Assembly: GCA_051294905.1 (NCBI GenBank)
Contig: CM119374.1
Coordinates: 19,592,001-19,656,000, forward strand
DNA: 64,000 nt
Reading direction: 5' to 3'
Source: Botryllus schlosseri
Taxonomy: Eukaryota
Both the position numbers and the translations under genes were made by a program. Positions 45,201 to 60,845 of this stretch are shown piece by piece (positions within the stretch are counted from its first letter, which is position 1; each line of letters opens with the position of its first letter). The notes beneath the pieces are model-generated. The model did no database searches, had not been told where the DNA came from, and was given only the letters and a program-made list of their open reading frames with translations.

Positions 45201-48200
45201 GTTTTGTAAGCGTCTACGTATAGGCACTCTATTATCCCTTATCGAATCTGAACACCTCAATTGATGAAAGTTACTCGTTTTCGACGATTGAAGTCTTTCG
45301 CGATGCTTTGACCTTAGCCGGAACCAACCTCTTGAAATACATGATTGGCAGGAAGATCACATCTGAGATTCAATTTATAGAACTGTAGCTGTGCAGAAGG
45401 AATATGAGTGCCATTGCATGGCTGTTCGTTAGCGACAGATATATATACGTAAAGAGTAATACCTTGAATGGGTCTTAGATATAAACAGTACCAATTTCTG
45501 AACAATCGCATCTTTGTCAAACGACTCCAAACAAATTACGAAAGTAGCTTAGCCCAAGGCTTGTTTACCTCTCATCAAATCGATCAACCGACGCTTTAGC
45601 GAAGATATCATAATTGACCATAAGCTTACATGAATCACACTTGCTACGGGACTACGACGTCAATATGAGGATTACGTACGAATCACCTGCCTGCAACTGG
45701 TGTAGCAGTTGACGCTCTGATCAACATCGCAAGCGTTTGGGGATTTAATGCAGTTAAGATTCCAAAATGACATTTTTATATCAATAGGGTTGAGTGATGA
45801 TGACCGCAATATGCACTTTCATGAGCTCATAAACGTTGATACAATGTGACGTAATTCATCTGTGAAAGTCATTTACGGGGGATCTCGGTCCCGTCGTTTT
45901 GTGCAGAGTCTAATTTTGTCAATGCCCACGTGGAAGTGTTGGTCGTGATTTTGATTGTGGAACATTCCGGCGCGAGTATACGACTTCTGACGGGACGCAT
46001 CGTTGGAAATGTATATTCGATCGTCGCGGTAAATAGCTCCAGATGCTTGGTATGTTGGAATGCAAAACTAACCACGTGTTGTTGCTTATTTCCAAATTTT
46101 CGCGAAGATTCTCCACAGATGCAACGCATCCATCGAATATAACTCAGTCGAAAACTATCCATCTATGTCACAGACCAGACGCCGTGTCTTCGTCGACGGT
46201 ATCTCTGCGCACTTCGGTATAGTATCCGCCTTGAATTGAAAGTCATTTCAATTCCACTGTATCAAGATGAGTGAATTTTACGGAGAAAAGAGGATTTGCG
46301 CATTTCTATTACATCAGTACTTGAAAACTTGACCTTTCATGCGACGTACAAATAAAGTACATCTACATAGAGTATAATTGGTACAGGTCATTCGATTTGT
46401 GATCCTTCTGGCTGCCAGAAAAGGAACGTAAACATTATTTATGACGGTAACGTCCAAAGCAGTATCTTGACTCCCTGGTAGCAGAATTCTGATAACTACG
46501 ACTTCGTAAAATGGAACTCACATTAGCAGGGATTTGACACAATATATGATATTTATCATATTCCCGTTTTTTATCCAATAGATGCCTTTTATAATTATAT
46601 TTATTATCCTTTTATTATTTTGTTTAGATGGATGTGGTCAATGGGTCATGTTACCTGAATCTATATTATGCCTTTCTTCATTTTCTGTCAAATGATAGCA
46701 AATCCCATGCGTTCCATTATACACGTTACACGATCAGCAGACGAACATCAATGAGAAGCCGATACGTGTTGATTTGCTAGTAACATGCGAGTTCTGTGAC
46801 AAGTATAGGATCTTTTACGCATTCAGAACAGTTTATGTATTACCAAGACCATTTCCTGTATATCACTGATAGACCTCACGCCAATCGTTACACATGTAGT
46901 GGTAGGTCGCATGCAGAGGTCTCCCTCTTCATGACATCGCCTTCCGTTAATTTGTTCTAGGCATATCGTATTACTAAGCCGCTGATTGGTGTTTTATAAA
47001 CTGCACCCGGTATTTGTGATATTTTCATCAAACGAATCCCTGAAATCACTTCATTGAGAACCTCCTGGGAGCTGTATTTTCCTGTCTCACATGTCCCAAT
47101 CCCCCTTTGATGTATTGAGAAGCGTTCTCAAAACCGCATAATGCAACGGGGACAGGGTATTCCGCTCGGTGTTGTTTGTGTACTTATTTCCGGGCTTGAT
47201 GGTGTTGGTGTGCATTTCATGCAATGACTCATTATGGGGGGCTGAATAGAAAGGGGTAAAATCAAGCAAAACGTACCTGCTTTGGCAACAAACAATCTGT
47301 ATTGATAACACAAGGTGCTCACTTCTACTATGCCACAAGATGGACCTCTTGAATACAGCTGGTGTCACGTTAAATTGCGCTTCGATGGTGTTAATTTTCT
47401 ATAACTCGACCCGTCTATATCACAGAAAATTCTAAACGTAGACAAAATTCTAATATAGGCCGATGATTTTGCAAAGTCACTTCCATTTGATTGTATTTGT
47501 GATCGAGAAAATTCTGAAAAATGAGGTATCGGTGTCGCACTCTCAGTATCTGGATTATCCTTGATAATTGGTAGATCCAACCGAATACTTCGACGTCACT
47601 CGGACCACACGAAAACACCGTTTTATTGAGGTTCGACCTGTCGGACGACAGAGTTACTATGTTTTGCTATTCACTCGAAACACGCCGTGGTGCATTAAAT
47701 TTTAAGCCTTCCAAATAGATTCATGGTTATGCTGCACCTATTTGTCAACGAAGGTTGTTTCGGCACGTATGCATGGTCGCCCATACGTATTCTTTGAATA
47801 TGAATATAGAGTAGCCTACACAGTCTGTCGTGATCAAAATTCCCTGAAAGTTGATTCCTGAATCAGTCTGATTCAGAATGGTACGTGTATCTGGATACAT
47901 TTATTGTTATACGAAGTTGTGTACTTCGGCTATATTTTCTGTCATCGACTTGTCAATTATCCACGAGCGACGTGACAGATTTCGGCTCCATATGATTTAT
48001 GTGTTTCTCGAATCCATTGCTATATTTACACTACTTCACCGTTGATTTGTGCACGGCACTAAATTTCCTTCGTCATTCATTAGCTCCTAGAATTACCGTA
48101 AACTAATCCTTATTAATCAGTATTACGATTATTGTCATTTCTTGGGTCTGTGGTGTGACTGGTGTCTGCCCTGTCAGACTATTGGAGAGATTTCCGTATC

Positions 48201-51200
48201 TGGATTGATGGTGACTAATGGGTCGACTATTATGCATGTTGATATATATGTATAATAGATACTTAAGTATCGTAGGCCCCCATACGGTAATGCTATATCT
48301 CGTAGATATACTATCAATTAAAAGTCAGACTATTAAAATTTACGCACCCGAACCTACAACATAAGCAGAAGGTATATATACAAATACATATCCTCAGTGT
48401 GTACAATATCATACGCTGGACATTTCATATTTTCGGTAGATATCAACTAAATGTACCTTGTCATTATATATGTATGTATATTGACGGATTATTCTCACCA
48501 TGGGTCGGTCAATCCTAGGTATTATGAACATGTACAATAGCATATGCTTCAAAAGCATATTGTGAGCGTCGCGGGGGTATGGATTCCTCTCGAGAGCGAA
48601 AATACATCGTCGGGCTGTGATCAAAGTATATACTCATTCACCATTTCACGGAATAAGCATGCAGCCATATTTGCAATGGTTGAATTATGTCTCTGATTAT
48701 ATTGACTTTAATCCGCAACAATATATGACTTTCAATACCCGCTACCACCTTTGATATCAGTCACGTCACGTTTATATTCCGCGCATGTGCGTCTTTTGAG
48801 CGGCTTTGTAAGCTCGTACTCGATTGATACAAGAGTGGCAACTGCATATTTACTGTTGTCTTAAAAATCTACATTTTCTCATTTAACCTTATAGAGTATA
48901 AGCATTTTGCGTTGGTATCCATACGCTGCGATTCTGCCCAGACGTTTCATGAAATAGTCCGATTAGACCTTATTAGGTTCATGACTGTGAGATAATTCTT
49001 TTCAAATGTTTGCTGTCAGTTACATTTATGTAGTTTTCCGATTATTAACACTATAGTATATCGGCTATATGTCAAACATTATCTAATATAATTGCTGGAG
49101 TAATGTGTAAACAGTTATTTAACTAGTGGATATCTACAATGACCAGCTGTACAAAATTTATAAGTGCTAATTCTTCTCGTCATCAGTGATATGAACTCGA
49201 TTGCTATGTATAGGTGATAACATAAGCCATTCACTTTTCTATAGTTAGCAATGAGCAACTGAGCATTCACACTGTCATATTCCAGGCCCGTATATAGATG
49301 CGTCCAAATTTTGGCCACGATGTAAAGTTTTTTGTCAGCGAGAATCATTTCTACAGTACGCCATTCTACGCTGACTGTTCGGGTCACCATCTGATTATAC
49401 CAATATCAATGAAGTCGTGATTGCCGCTCCTATCTTTTTAACTCTATACCAACAATTCCCTGCTCCAGAGCGACTATTAAATGACCACATACGTGCTATT
49501 CCTCGGAATTCCTATTACATTATAGCCCGAACGTTGCTGTATCGTACCAAAGTTCGTCCGGTCAATCTCTTAGAGATTCGGAGTCGGTTGACTCACATGA
49601 CTCAGCGTTAAAATACTATATTTCGCGTCACATATAACTGCAATGGTTTTATTTTAAAAAAAATACCGCCATCTAAGAGCACGTATTCATCTTGTGCATA
49701 CCGCCATATTTCTTCGTAATAAAATGTGACAATGTTTTTACCGATATACTATAATTGTATATATTTTTGGATAGTGTTATTGGATTTTTTGCTTTCATTG
49801 TAATTGTCTGTTTAATTGTTTTCAATTTTCATTCATAGTTTTATTTTTGTATTATTACCTTCACTTTTGCGCAGTAGTTGAGTGAGCCTACAAGCTGCTG
49901 GTTATACTATTCTCAACCTTTTCGCTCGGCATCTTTACACCCGTGGATCCTATATGTGGAAGGACTGTCGATTTATACCAGTATTCTATTTATTTATATG
50001 TGTATATGTGAGGAGGGGCGCTTCTCGCCAACTGAGGCCTTTTGCACCATGTCTGGTCGTGATCATTGATGAAAATGTATGTCCCGGTGGGACAACCTAT
50101 CAGGCTATACAGGAGAACGGAATCTGGTATCGTATAGAACTGAATCGGCTATTTCCGCGTGAACTGTTATTGACTGGTTATTACGGTTGTTCAGAATTAA
50201 TCGAATCTCAAAAACTCATTGCTCTGGCCTGTATAGTTCTCACAACATATGTATTTCAATTCAAACCCACACTACTTAGTACCTTCCCTATAGGGTATAG
50301 CATCATAATGTTTGTGTAATATACGCCGTTAACGTGTATTCATGCGATATTTTTGCAGCGCTTTTTCGGCGTATTCCGCAACATAGTTGCGTGATTCAAT
50401 CCTGACAGTCTTCGTAAGCCTTTTATAAAATATTCAATTCCTTGACTGCAACGCGTGAGAGTCAACAATGCATATACGTCATATCTTCGGTATGCTATAT
50501 AGTACATGAATGTTCGTCGCCCTCTTTCTGTTACTGCATTTTGATTACATTTAACAACCAATACAAATACCAAAGTTAGCGATAAGTGAGCTTACCGCAT
50601 CTCATGCCATCATTCAACGTATGTTGTGAGCTTACAGACCACACACGATCTCGTTTTCAACATATCGCAACATTTAGGTGTATCTGCGGGATAAGAAGTT
50701 TACATACATGATAGTCAATGATTTAGTCCCATAATCCGATTTGCTCACACCCACCTGTCTGATGCCGCCACCGGTCAATTTCGGATAAAATATTCAGCTC
50801 GTCACGTTAATTTTGTTGTTTAATTCAGAACGAAGATATTTTGTGTCGAAATCGACGTTTAAGGTGTCACGATGTCGTACTGGTATAGGTGAGGATAGTG
50901 GGTATATGGGAGTGCTGTTTATTATTTTAACAGGGCGATGATAAAAGCCTATTGACTAAAAATAGTTGTTCGCGCGCAGTGTGTAATGAGATCTGAGGAT
51001 AGCGAACTGGAATGTACTATAAGTTCAACCTGAATTTATGGATACGTAGTGGTATAATCGGGGATACATACCTTACCCAGTCTGTGAAGCCGAGTCAATG
51101 TTGTCACACGTTAGCATGATCAGACACTCACGGTTGCGTGATGTTTATTCAGATGTCGAATTACGATTTAATTTTGTCTGCTACGGGTTGGTTTTTGGTT

Positions 51201-51851
51201 TGTCCACTATATCACATATGGAATCGTCTTATGCTCAAATGCCGCGTGCTTTTTTGCGTCGATCCCATTGAAACATTTCGCAATACTCCGGACATGTCTA
51301 TGGTACACAAACATTTCGTCATGTAATGGAAGATTTACAGCGGTTTGCTGCTTTTGTAGTTCAACGTAAATTGCTGTGGCATGCTCTCATGCTTCAAATG
51401 AATGCGTCTGTATTGTGCTAAGGCAAATGCGGGAATCGAATTTACTCGCTTATAACAGCGGATGTTCTGTAAATGATGTAATGACAAATGAGCGCACATA
51501 TCCATAGTGGACTACATGTTGAATTCGAGGCCAAAGATAAGTCGTAGTAACATCAACTGAAACCTATTCGTTACTATCATGGGTCATTTTATCACTTCTT
51601 GATTCTACTTGTTCAATTAATATATCATGGATATTTGCAAATTCGTTATCACCTTATCAAGTATTTTGTGTTATGTTAAATTGCTAGGGCAGCTTGTGTT
51701 AAATATCCGAGCATTAGGTCTCCCCAACCACGAAAGAATACGGTGCACCAAGTCATTTAATGTAGTTGACAAAAGACGGAATTATCCTGTACGACATTAG
51801 CAATTAAAGACAAGTGGTATGACCTGATATTCGTCACGTGCGAGCAACCGG

Positions 51852-51856
51852 GGAGA

Positions 51857-51892
<36 letters not shown>
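51852..51892. repeat. (GA)n microsatellite
   Basis: About 40 bp of GA dinucleotide repeat with one interruption. Confidence 0.95.
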
Positions 51893-51895
<3 letters not shown>

Positions 51896-54800
51896 TGTCT
51901 TGGCGTACTCTCTCTTATGAAGGATCACTCATACATTTGGAAATATGAGACGCAAGTGATGTAATAGCCGTTGGTCGAGAACGAAGTTGATACTTTGTTC
52001 AGTTTTGGCAATCTCTATGCAATGAAATTGTGAATGGGCCGGTGCATCTAATATCATCTCACTCATTTGAACTATACTTATGTTGCTGTATTTGACCATA
52101 AATATTATGTTGTTATCGCTCTCAACAAAGCGGAGAGACAACCAGATGCAGTTGTCTGGGAATCGATTAGAATACCCTTCGAAGCAAATCAAGCAGCTTA
52201 TCTCACGTTCTTCGATATATATTAGAATCAAGTATGGTATTTTGCTCATGTTCATCAAACCAGTAGGTTGATATTTGGTGTCACACAAAACGTGGACATT
52301 GCTCATTGCACGGAAATCTCGTGTAACTTATCATACATGAAATAGCCATAATTAATGCCATGATCTTTGTACGAAATTCAAAATATCATTGCGAAATGAC
52401 CATTTGACTCAACAACTGAGGTCCTTCATTACTGTATGTATGATATAAGATGAAGGAAGATTGTCACTTTGAGATCATCGATACCCATGTTAAAACCCCT
52501 AAAGATTTTATTTTCTCTTGTTGGTAAATATAATTCAACGGAATTACGCGTTTTCGTCAGTCTGTAGACCCGTCCAATGTACATTGTACATAGGTATCGA
52601 AACCGATACGTTGTTTTTAAAAAGAGAAGTGCTATCGTAAATTACGATTAGTAACTCACTGCATTTTGTGGTGGAGTGTTATTTTCAAATAGCACACGGG
52701 GTCAACTTCCGCTTCATCACATTGACCGATGAGTACCGGTCTGACATCGGCAAATCCAAGACGTGATTAACGCCCCCTTTGCCAGGAATTGGTGGTATTT
52801 TCGGGCGTTGGAAATCCTTTAGTTAACTATAAATCATATGCGCAATCTTATACATTGTCATAGCGTGCAAGATAAAACATAACTCTTACAAATGTTGAGA
52901 TATATTCTTTTCTTCATTTCAACTAAATTTCTTGGAAGAGTATCACTAACCCTAAAACGTTACGTGTGCGATGAGGCAGTCATTAAATATAACGCTTCAT
53001 GCTACTGTGACATGAAAAATCTGTACTGCACAATGTTTGGGCCGTATATATACTATTGAAAGATTTGCACCAATTAAAATGTCGCAGCCATCATCCGCGT
53101 CATATATGGGTCGGTCGTAGCTATAATCCGATGGCGTTTTGTCTGTTGACCGTATGGGGTTTCATATAACATCCTTGCTGTGGAATTCATAACACTGCCA
53201 GTTTTCCGGGAAGGAATTTTAAGTAACGCAAGCGTAAGTATCGCAAGGATTGTTTGCAAATACTCCCCACAAGACCCCGTTCAAGTAAGTACATCGGAGG
53301 TCTGTTGTTTGGGCTTTGTGATGCTTTGACCGAAAACATATTTCTTTGTGCTTATAGTTTGCTTGGATCCATGCATTGTTTCATGGGATACAACAGAAAA
53401 GTAATCGGCTTTGCACAATACTCTGCTTTGGGTCATCAATAAGGTGCGCGACCGGGTTTTAGCAAAACATAAAAACGCTCCGAGAATTAGTTTTTAAATA
53501 TTGCCTAAATATTACCGGAAAAGGGGGATTGTTTGGCTTCGCCCTCATTCAAAGTCACACCAGAAAAGCAGCTATTGACGTCATTGAAATTCAGGATGGA
53601 TGCTAGTCTTTTCACTAACTTCTTCCTCCATTTCATTTAACTTCTTAGCTATAGAAATAGGATTTGATTTTTTAGTTTACCAAGCTTAATATAAATCCAT
53701 TTAAATTCTTTCCGTCACCGATGCGGAATTGAAACCAGATCAGCTTATTGACCAATAAATTAAGCATTTGACTTTTCGTTCTGGGCTCATGAATTGACGT
53801 AGACTAAAGGAGAGTCACTGCCTTAGTTCCGATGCGATGAGATATTTCTCGTTACGTCGTTGTAGGGTTGGTAGCCGGTCGCTGTGAAACTCGACACAAC
53901 ACCGACGACCTCGCGATATGACACCACCTCGTTGGAGATATGCGGTGAACAACATCAACATCGCGAAAAGTCAATTTGGAATTTTTGCTAATTCGCGAAT
54001 ACATGCTGATTTGTTTCGCTGCTTCACTTGTGTCTCGTTCGCTGATTCTCTGTGCATGGGCTTCTTGCGAAGGATCCCAGAATAATTTGCTTATCTTGAA
54101 AGTTGGAAGAAGGCAGGACGGGGTCTTTTATATACTATATACATCTTGTTTCCCGTTCTTCCTGATTTCGGAAAATCTTTGTTGCCAATCTTTGCTAACA
54201 ATGACTTCATGAAACAAACATACACTGCTAACAAAATATTCTACGCATATCTAAACAAGATTCATCTGTCAAAATTTTGTGAGAAACATTACCACGTTTT
54301 ATTGGAACTGCGAAGCAACCTCTTTGCGCGGCGAATGTTTGGCCTGGTCAACAAGCATACACTCTTCAATCAAAAACTTTGGTTTATTTTTGAATCATGA
54401 ATGTGATGCAACTGTCCTACAGACGAGTCTTGGAAATTGAGACCGCTGATGACCCGAACAAACATAAAATGCTTTTTCGCATAGTTTTGAAGTCCTTCGT
54501 GACAGCGTATACTATAAGCTCGGCGGGGTATGTTTAATCGTAATTGCCCATCATTCTGTAAATTTGTTCGGCGAGTAGGTGTTTTTATAAAGTTGTCATA
54601 TTCAAGGTCGTTCAACCTACGGTTTTTCTAGTGCACATAATCTATCACAGGAAAACTTGTGGATTCACTCTAGTTTGTTTTCATGTAGTTGGAGCTGCAA
54701 TCACAATCCAATCACGAAGTCCGTTTTCCGCGAAACGATCCATCAGATTCTGCAAATATGAACTCCGGATCAATACCGTCTCCATTTCGCTTTTTATCTT

Positions 54801-55898
54801 TAGATTTCTTTCAAACAGCCTTAGTTATTCTAAACTCCTTGATGGAATAATATTGATCGAGAAAGTTTACAGACGGAAGTTTTTCCTCCCATTGAAAAAA
54901 TATACTCTACAAAAGCTTTTGCCCTCATATCGACCTTAAGTCAATCAAACAGTCCAAGCTAATCAGTATTGTATAGCGGTAACGAAACAGTGTCATTTTT
55001 CATGTATCCTGGAACGTTTTATTCTTCGATAGATTGACACCTCTTTCGTTTGCTTGTCATTCTCATTGTAGTTAGTTTATTAGCTTTGACGTGACGAATT
55101 ATAGTAAAATACGGTGCTCGGTGTACATCCTTTGTACCAGGTCATAGTTGTTCATTTAGAAATCGATTATACGAGGATATAGGCTACATTCTCACAAATT
55201 CGACATGACATTTCATCATGAAGGGTTCGAAACTATAGCGGAAGTACTGTAAAGAGTAAATACTAAAGTATTTTACGGATGTATTTATAAACCATAGGAA
55301 AAAGGGATATTCAATGGAAAAAGCAGCCAATATTGTACTAAAACACGTATATGGGTGATTCGTGACTGCATCAGAATCAACATCGTAAATTCGAAATATA
55401 TACACCTATTATTATTTAATTTCCGATAAAGGGATTCCATATCACTGGGGGAAAGCATACATAGTCAAGCGCTACATAACCGCGACGTGTGCTGCCTTGT
55501 AGTACGCTATATTTTTGCGCAATTTTGGGAATTTGAATACCTTGACTCAAAGGCCGATCACGTTACCTCAAAGAAATCGCAGTGTTGGATTTGAGTTTCT
55601 CTGTCAATCGGCCCACGACTCCTATAGTTTGTAGTTATGGAATTTGCTGGATAATATATATGTGACTCTTAGACTCATGTAAAATATTCGTGTCCCAAGC
55701 GTTTTCAAATGCTACTGATATGTTAGGAACCTAATTTGTGGTTTTTGCAGTCAAGGATATACTCGGTAAATCTGACAACGGTAACATAAAGTCGATATGC
55801 TTGCATAACTGCATATACCGTATGTACGATTGCGGCGACTGTACTGTACGACCATATGCTTTAGTCTGGGAATGTTGAGGAATCGTTACTCGGTCTGA

Positions 55899-55922
55899 TG
55901 ACGTCATGAATAGTTGACGTCA
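55899..55922. promoter_or_regulatory. Tandem pair of full CRE palindromes (TGACGTCA)
   Basis: TGACGTCA at 55899-55906 and 55915-55922; function untested. Confidence 0.3.
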
Positions 55923-58900
55923 CAGAACGTCATTACTTTAATGTAGATCCCTAATCGGCTTGAGCGTTATATCCGATCGTGGAATGTATCCGATAAGCTT
56001 ATGTCTGCGACAGTGTGAAGTAATGCCTTGAAACACCAACGCGGCATATATGGACACTGCGCAGTGGAATTATCACAGTTGTGGGTCTATGTGTCCTCGG
56101 AATATGTCAATGGTTATTTATAGATGAAAAGCAAAGCCGGACGAGCACTCCAAAGGAATTGTGTTCTATTTTGTGGTTATAATTCATCCTGAAGTGTATG
56201 GGACGTCTATTGTTGTATTTTGGCTGCCATTGGATTCCGCGACTATAACAAATTATCCGTCGGCGATACTGCGTGAGTAGCAATCGTTGCTAAGTGGCTA
56301 CTTCCTCTCCATAGAAAAAAAATCTCTGTTCACTTTAAAGACATCACGGTTCCGTATACTGGTTGTTGTGGCAACTTGTCCAAGTATAGTTGCTACTCAA
56401 ATTTGTCAATCGGACTTTCATCAGCTTGCACTTACTACGCCGCACCTCGGATCGAAGTGTGAAATATTCGGAAATAATGGTATGCGTCGTGCAGAATATA
56501 CATAAAAAGAATCACCCATTCGAAATGACAAGGGTACGTGAATGCTAACTGCGTCAGAGATAATCCGTTAGAAGTACATTGGAACCAAACATAGACATCG
56601 TTAGGTTTTATTGACTTTATGTCGAATCGACTGTAAGATGGTCATTATTTTTGGAGCTATTTCTAGCGCGTCATCTATCTGTGTTTATTCAGAATGACAA
56701 AAGTGAGGTGTTTCCAAACCAGGAATCAATTGTTTTGATTTGGTATGGATATTCTGTATGACTTATCTCATTCCACAAATGTGACTCGCATCGCCTCGTG
56801 CGTTTGACGTCGCGTCATATCACTTGTGGTAGAGGCGGCGAGCGCCTATTTATGACTGGGTGTTCTGCCGTTGTTTTGAAACATGGATTAGAAGTGGGTT
56901 GGTTTGAGACCCATCTATCAGCTAGCGATTCTTACAACATGTTTCTCCCTCGCTGCAACACACATTTCGGCGACACGGTGATATTTTCGTGCGTCGATGC
57001 GTCAAACGACGCTGTGCGTTCCTTGGGCGGGGTTGTGATTGAGACGAACGAAATGATAACAGACCAATAATTTCTCGGAAAGCAACATTGCCAACAATAT
57101 GCACTATTTTTACGACGGCACGAGCAGCGACTATAGGCAAAATTGGAACGGACGCCCTTCCCGAATCTTCGTGGTTTACATCCGTAAATCATCGCTTTAA
57201 GATCCGCACCTCCGATGTCTTACTAAAACAGGACTTGCTATAAGTCGGCAGCTCCGTAATCATAATAAAACATATTGGGCCGGTGTAAATGACCATTGAT
57301 GTCAAAACACCAAGAATACTAAACAACCACTGGAGTCTGGACAAATTCGACTCGGCCACATCTCATTTTTAGAAAAATATTTAGGCTTTCCCAATATTGA
57401 CTGATCGGCACCATGCCAATAATGCAATTTTATATCCATTATACATATACATCCGGGGCCTACGATATTCACTGAATATCGTAGGCCCCAATACATCATA
57501 TTAAATCGACAATAGTATATCATTACATGAGCATTAAATCAACGCTATAAGGAATTCAGTTTACAACCTTGTCCACAACTTATCGAGTTTAGGCATAATG
57601 CCGCGATGGTTCACATTCCTTGTGAACATAGTTGAACAGTTGTCGATTCGTTGTTGGCAACGTGACAGAACGACATCTAGCTGTGAATGCGGTATTTAAT
57701 TACCATGAGGCCTTCCATTAAAATCTCCACCGTACTTATACCAGAGATTTGCCAGACGGCCCGCTCATCATGGCGACTTCGCGCGTAGATTGAACTATAG
57801 CGCAAAAATATATGACACACAATTGGTTATTGAAGTTATGTACCTCGAGGAGTCTCTTCAAATAAAAAAACATTTAAAAAAACGATTACACAGTAACAAA
57901 ATTTATTCACATTCATTCACAAATTTATTCGGGGCTTATCAGACATATTGCTCATGAACGAAGATGCATTCGAGTGTATCCGTAATTCACACACATAAAC
58001 TTGCATTGCCAGTGAAATATATTTGACGATGCGGTGACTATATATATCGCAGTCGTTCATAGATGCGAACCCGTGCATTTGTATGAGATATATTTCGGAC
58101 TTTTCAATGACGGTATATGATCTTTTCGGAAGTAATTAATGGATGTGCAGCAGTAAACACCCTCAGCCGATGACCCGTGCTGTTACGAGATTATTATGCC
58201 TCGCTGAAGCAACATCACAGACATACCGTCATGAACATGAAAGATCAATCTTCATCGTATTCCAAGAACACTTTTCTCGTGATGGAATCTTAATAAATAA
58301 TCCTCATGCGGTATTGTTGAACTGTCCCACTCGTTTCCATGTGGATCTACGTTCTGTTTGTTTAGTCCATAGATTTTGGGTGTGAGGTTTGGGGTGTCAA
58401 CCTTATCGGGGATTAAAAGCGCTGTTGTCCTGTCGCACCCTTGGGTTATTCCGGCATCGTGATTCGGAAATCAATGATTTAGCGTCCAGCTGTAAGCTAG
58501 TTGGGTAAAGAATGAAATGCCGGTCCATCACCAAATTCGGACCGCCCGTCTTATATAGTTTCTTGATTGTTTTGGTACGTGGTTACGTGGATATGAGAAT
58601 GTAGACATATTTGTAGTAAAGTTCTAAGACATAAATAACACAATAGCACTACACCAATTTACAGGACAGGCCATATCTGGCTCGAGTCTGACCCTCTCGC
58701 AAGTGCGTGGCTGGAAATGAAATTGACCTGTCAGTTCGAAACAAAGCTCATGTTCATGTTTGGAAATATATGTAAATCTGGGCCCCCATAAGTCTTTCTT
58801 AAAGTTGTTTCGAGCGAGGTCGGTTTTATATTTTAATATCGGATTATTACTTCTAGTTACGCTCAGTGATATGAAAGCCTTGATGTCTCGAAAACCCGAA

Positions 58901-60438
58901 TGATGCATCGTCAGACACATTGCGTCTTCGGAAAAATCGTAACGCATGATGCAGTATTTCGATTTGGGATAATGCTGATATCTGCCCGCCTCCCGCATCG
59001 AAACCATATGTGATCCTTGTTATTTGGAACTTTCTCTGGGGAATTTGAAATGTTCCGTACACCAGATCGCATGTAGTATGACGTTTGGTAGCACCATTGA
59101 TTGTTTCGGACTACATCCTGGTGATTTTGGACGAAACTAAACATATGAAATATACATTGACTTTCCGTTCACTTGGTGACATGGAAATTGTATCGCCCAT
59201 CTGTTATTACAACAAAATTATAATTGCATCATCATATCCGCATTGCTCACTCTTCTTTGATCGTGACCTGATATCAAATGCTAATATGTGCTGATAGCAA
59301 ACATTACATGGGGATTGGGGATTTACGTGATGAAAAACGACCGATTGGAATTTTTGGGATGACAGTGGCAGTTGCTAATGAAACTACCCAGTATTGATGA
59401 AGATTAACGTACTGTGTACGCTGTACAATATGATTATGTTGCGACTCCAACCCCCAGGTATATCGAGTATTGATTTCGCGATGTATCAATTGCAACAAGC
59501 TCGTTGAGTTACGAATTCAAATTATAAAATTGGTACAATCGACTATTATCCTTAACATATGCGTTCTTGTTTCTCGGGTTTCTCTCGTTTTGCAATGGAC
59601 CTCGACAAATCTCATTTTCGTTGTCATATATTTATCGGACTGAGTACTCGAATCCGAGTCGAGTATCAATTGTTACGTGTCGCAGTAGCCAGAGTAGATT
59701 TTGCGAGTAACCAAACTAAACGCCTTCACATAATTTATTGTATCAATGAAAATATAGTTTGAACCATTTCCATCGCTGGAATCTCGAAACCGTATTTCAG
59801 CATCGGACAACATGTTGCATAAGGCTACGGATGTTCATGGGACGATATTTCTGATAAGTAATGATCGAGCCTCACAATGGTCACAAAGCGTTATGAAATA
59901 GTCCTCCCGGTCCAGAAATGGTTTTCCTTGTGCACGATAAAGACGATTCACGTTATTATTACTCAAATTCTCGATTCAAAGCTTTAAATTCTAGTCGGAG
60001 CCGAATCACCCATAGGCACTCGATCCTGCTTAGCCCTAAATATTTGTTTCTGATCAGTTTACATGGTGATGTTACACCCTCGATCCCTCATGCCTTTTTG
60101 TTTCACACGGGGTTGCTAACTTTGCGTGGGTAAGTGCTATTACGTTGTTCCGGTCCAGGTAAAGTTGCTGTTCCGTACATGTCATTGTTCGCGCGTATGA
60201 TTTACTTGTCCGTAGACAGCAACGACTGACTTTTCATTTTTCGGAGTATATATTTTCTTACCGCATGCTATACTGACTCAAAGCTGTTTCTGACCTTCTT
60301 TCCAAGCAACTATCTATCTACTTGAGTACTTTACGCTTTTATAGTTTTCGGCTTCTCTATGTGAAAATGCTTATCACGACTTGGAAAATTTTATTGATCA
60401 TATGTAAAATTATATGAAGTGTTATATACATAACGTGT

Positions 60439-60541
60439 GGCCTAGATAAACTTCCAAAGCTAGGAATTCGGCAGTCGAACTTGGTCGGACTAGAACCCAT
60501 TGGTGTTGCAGATGTGGATTGTATTGCTACGCTATCTGGCC
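60439..60541 (-). mobile_element. 5' (tRNA head) fragment of SINE family 2
   Basis: Reverse complement GGCCAGATAGCGTAGCAATACAATCCACATCTGCAACACC...GGTTCTAGTCC...GTTTATCTAGGC aligns to 39605-39713. Confidence 0.75.
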
Positions 60542-60768
60542 TCTGTTTTTAGGCGTCCAGGTCGTGGCAGTGTCAGTGTCATTCATATCAGCCAATTCTG
60601 CCCCCGTGGAATGCTATTACAGTCGCCGAAACCGTATCAGCTAGTGATGGATAGTGATATTAGGCTCAGGAAAATAGCCTTGTTTGAACAACAACATCAA
60701 TATTTTTAAACTGAAATCAATTTCAACATTTCAAAATACTTCACTAAGCGTTCTTCCGAAATCCCAAA

Positions 60769-60845
60769 CCAGGTCGCGGGCCGCAAAATGTGACCTAGCG
60801 GGCTGCATGCGGCCCGCAGACCGCGTGTTGGTTTGGTGACCCCTA
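60769..60845. mobile_element. Solo end of a hAT MITE (GCGGCCCGC-rich, TAGGGGTCACCAAAC terminus)
   Basis: cgcgggccgc...gcggcccgc...tttggtgaccccta is a typical hAT MITE end; no partner end or TSD found. Confidence 0.5.

Noticed and set aside
47087-47400. - strand ORF containing SPLHYAV (ankyrin-like)
   Set aside because: Isolated heptapeptide with no ankyrin periodicity or flanking consensus.
53074-53259. Hydrophobic TILAILTLALL start on -
   Set aside because: Begins at TTG with an in-frame stop just upstream and no ATG.
58624-59007. 127-aa - strand ORF, among the longest outside SCYL2 and the transposons
   Set aside because: No recognisable domain or good splice sites; a profile search would be needed.
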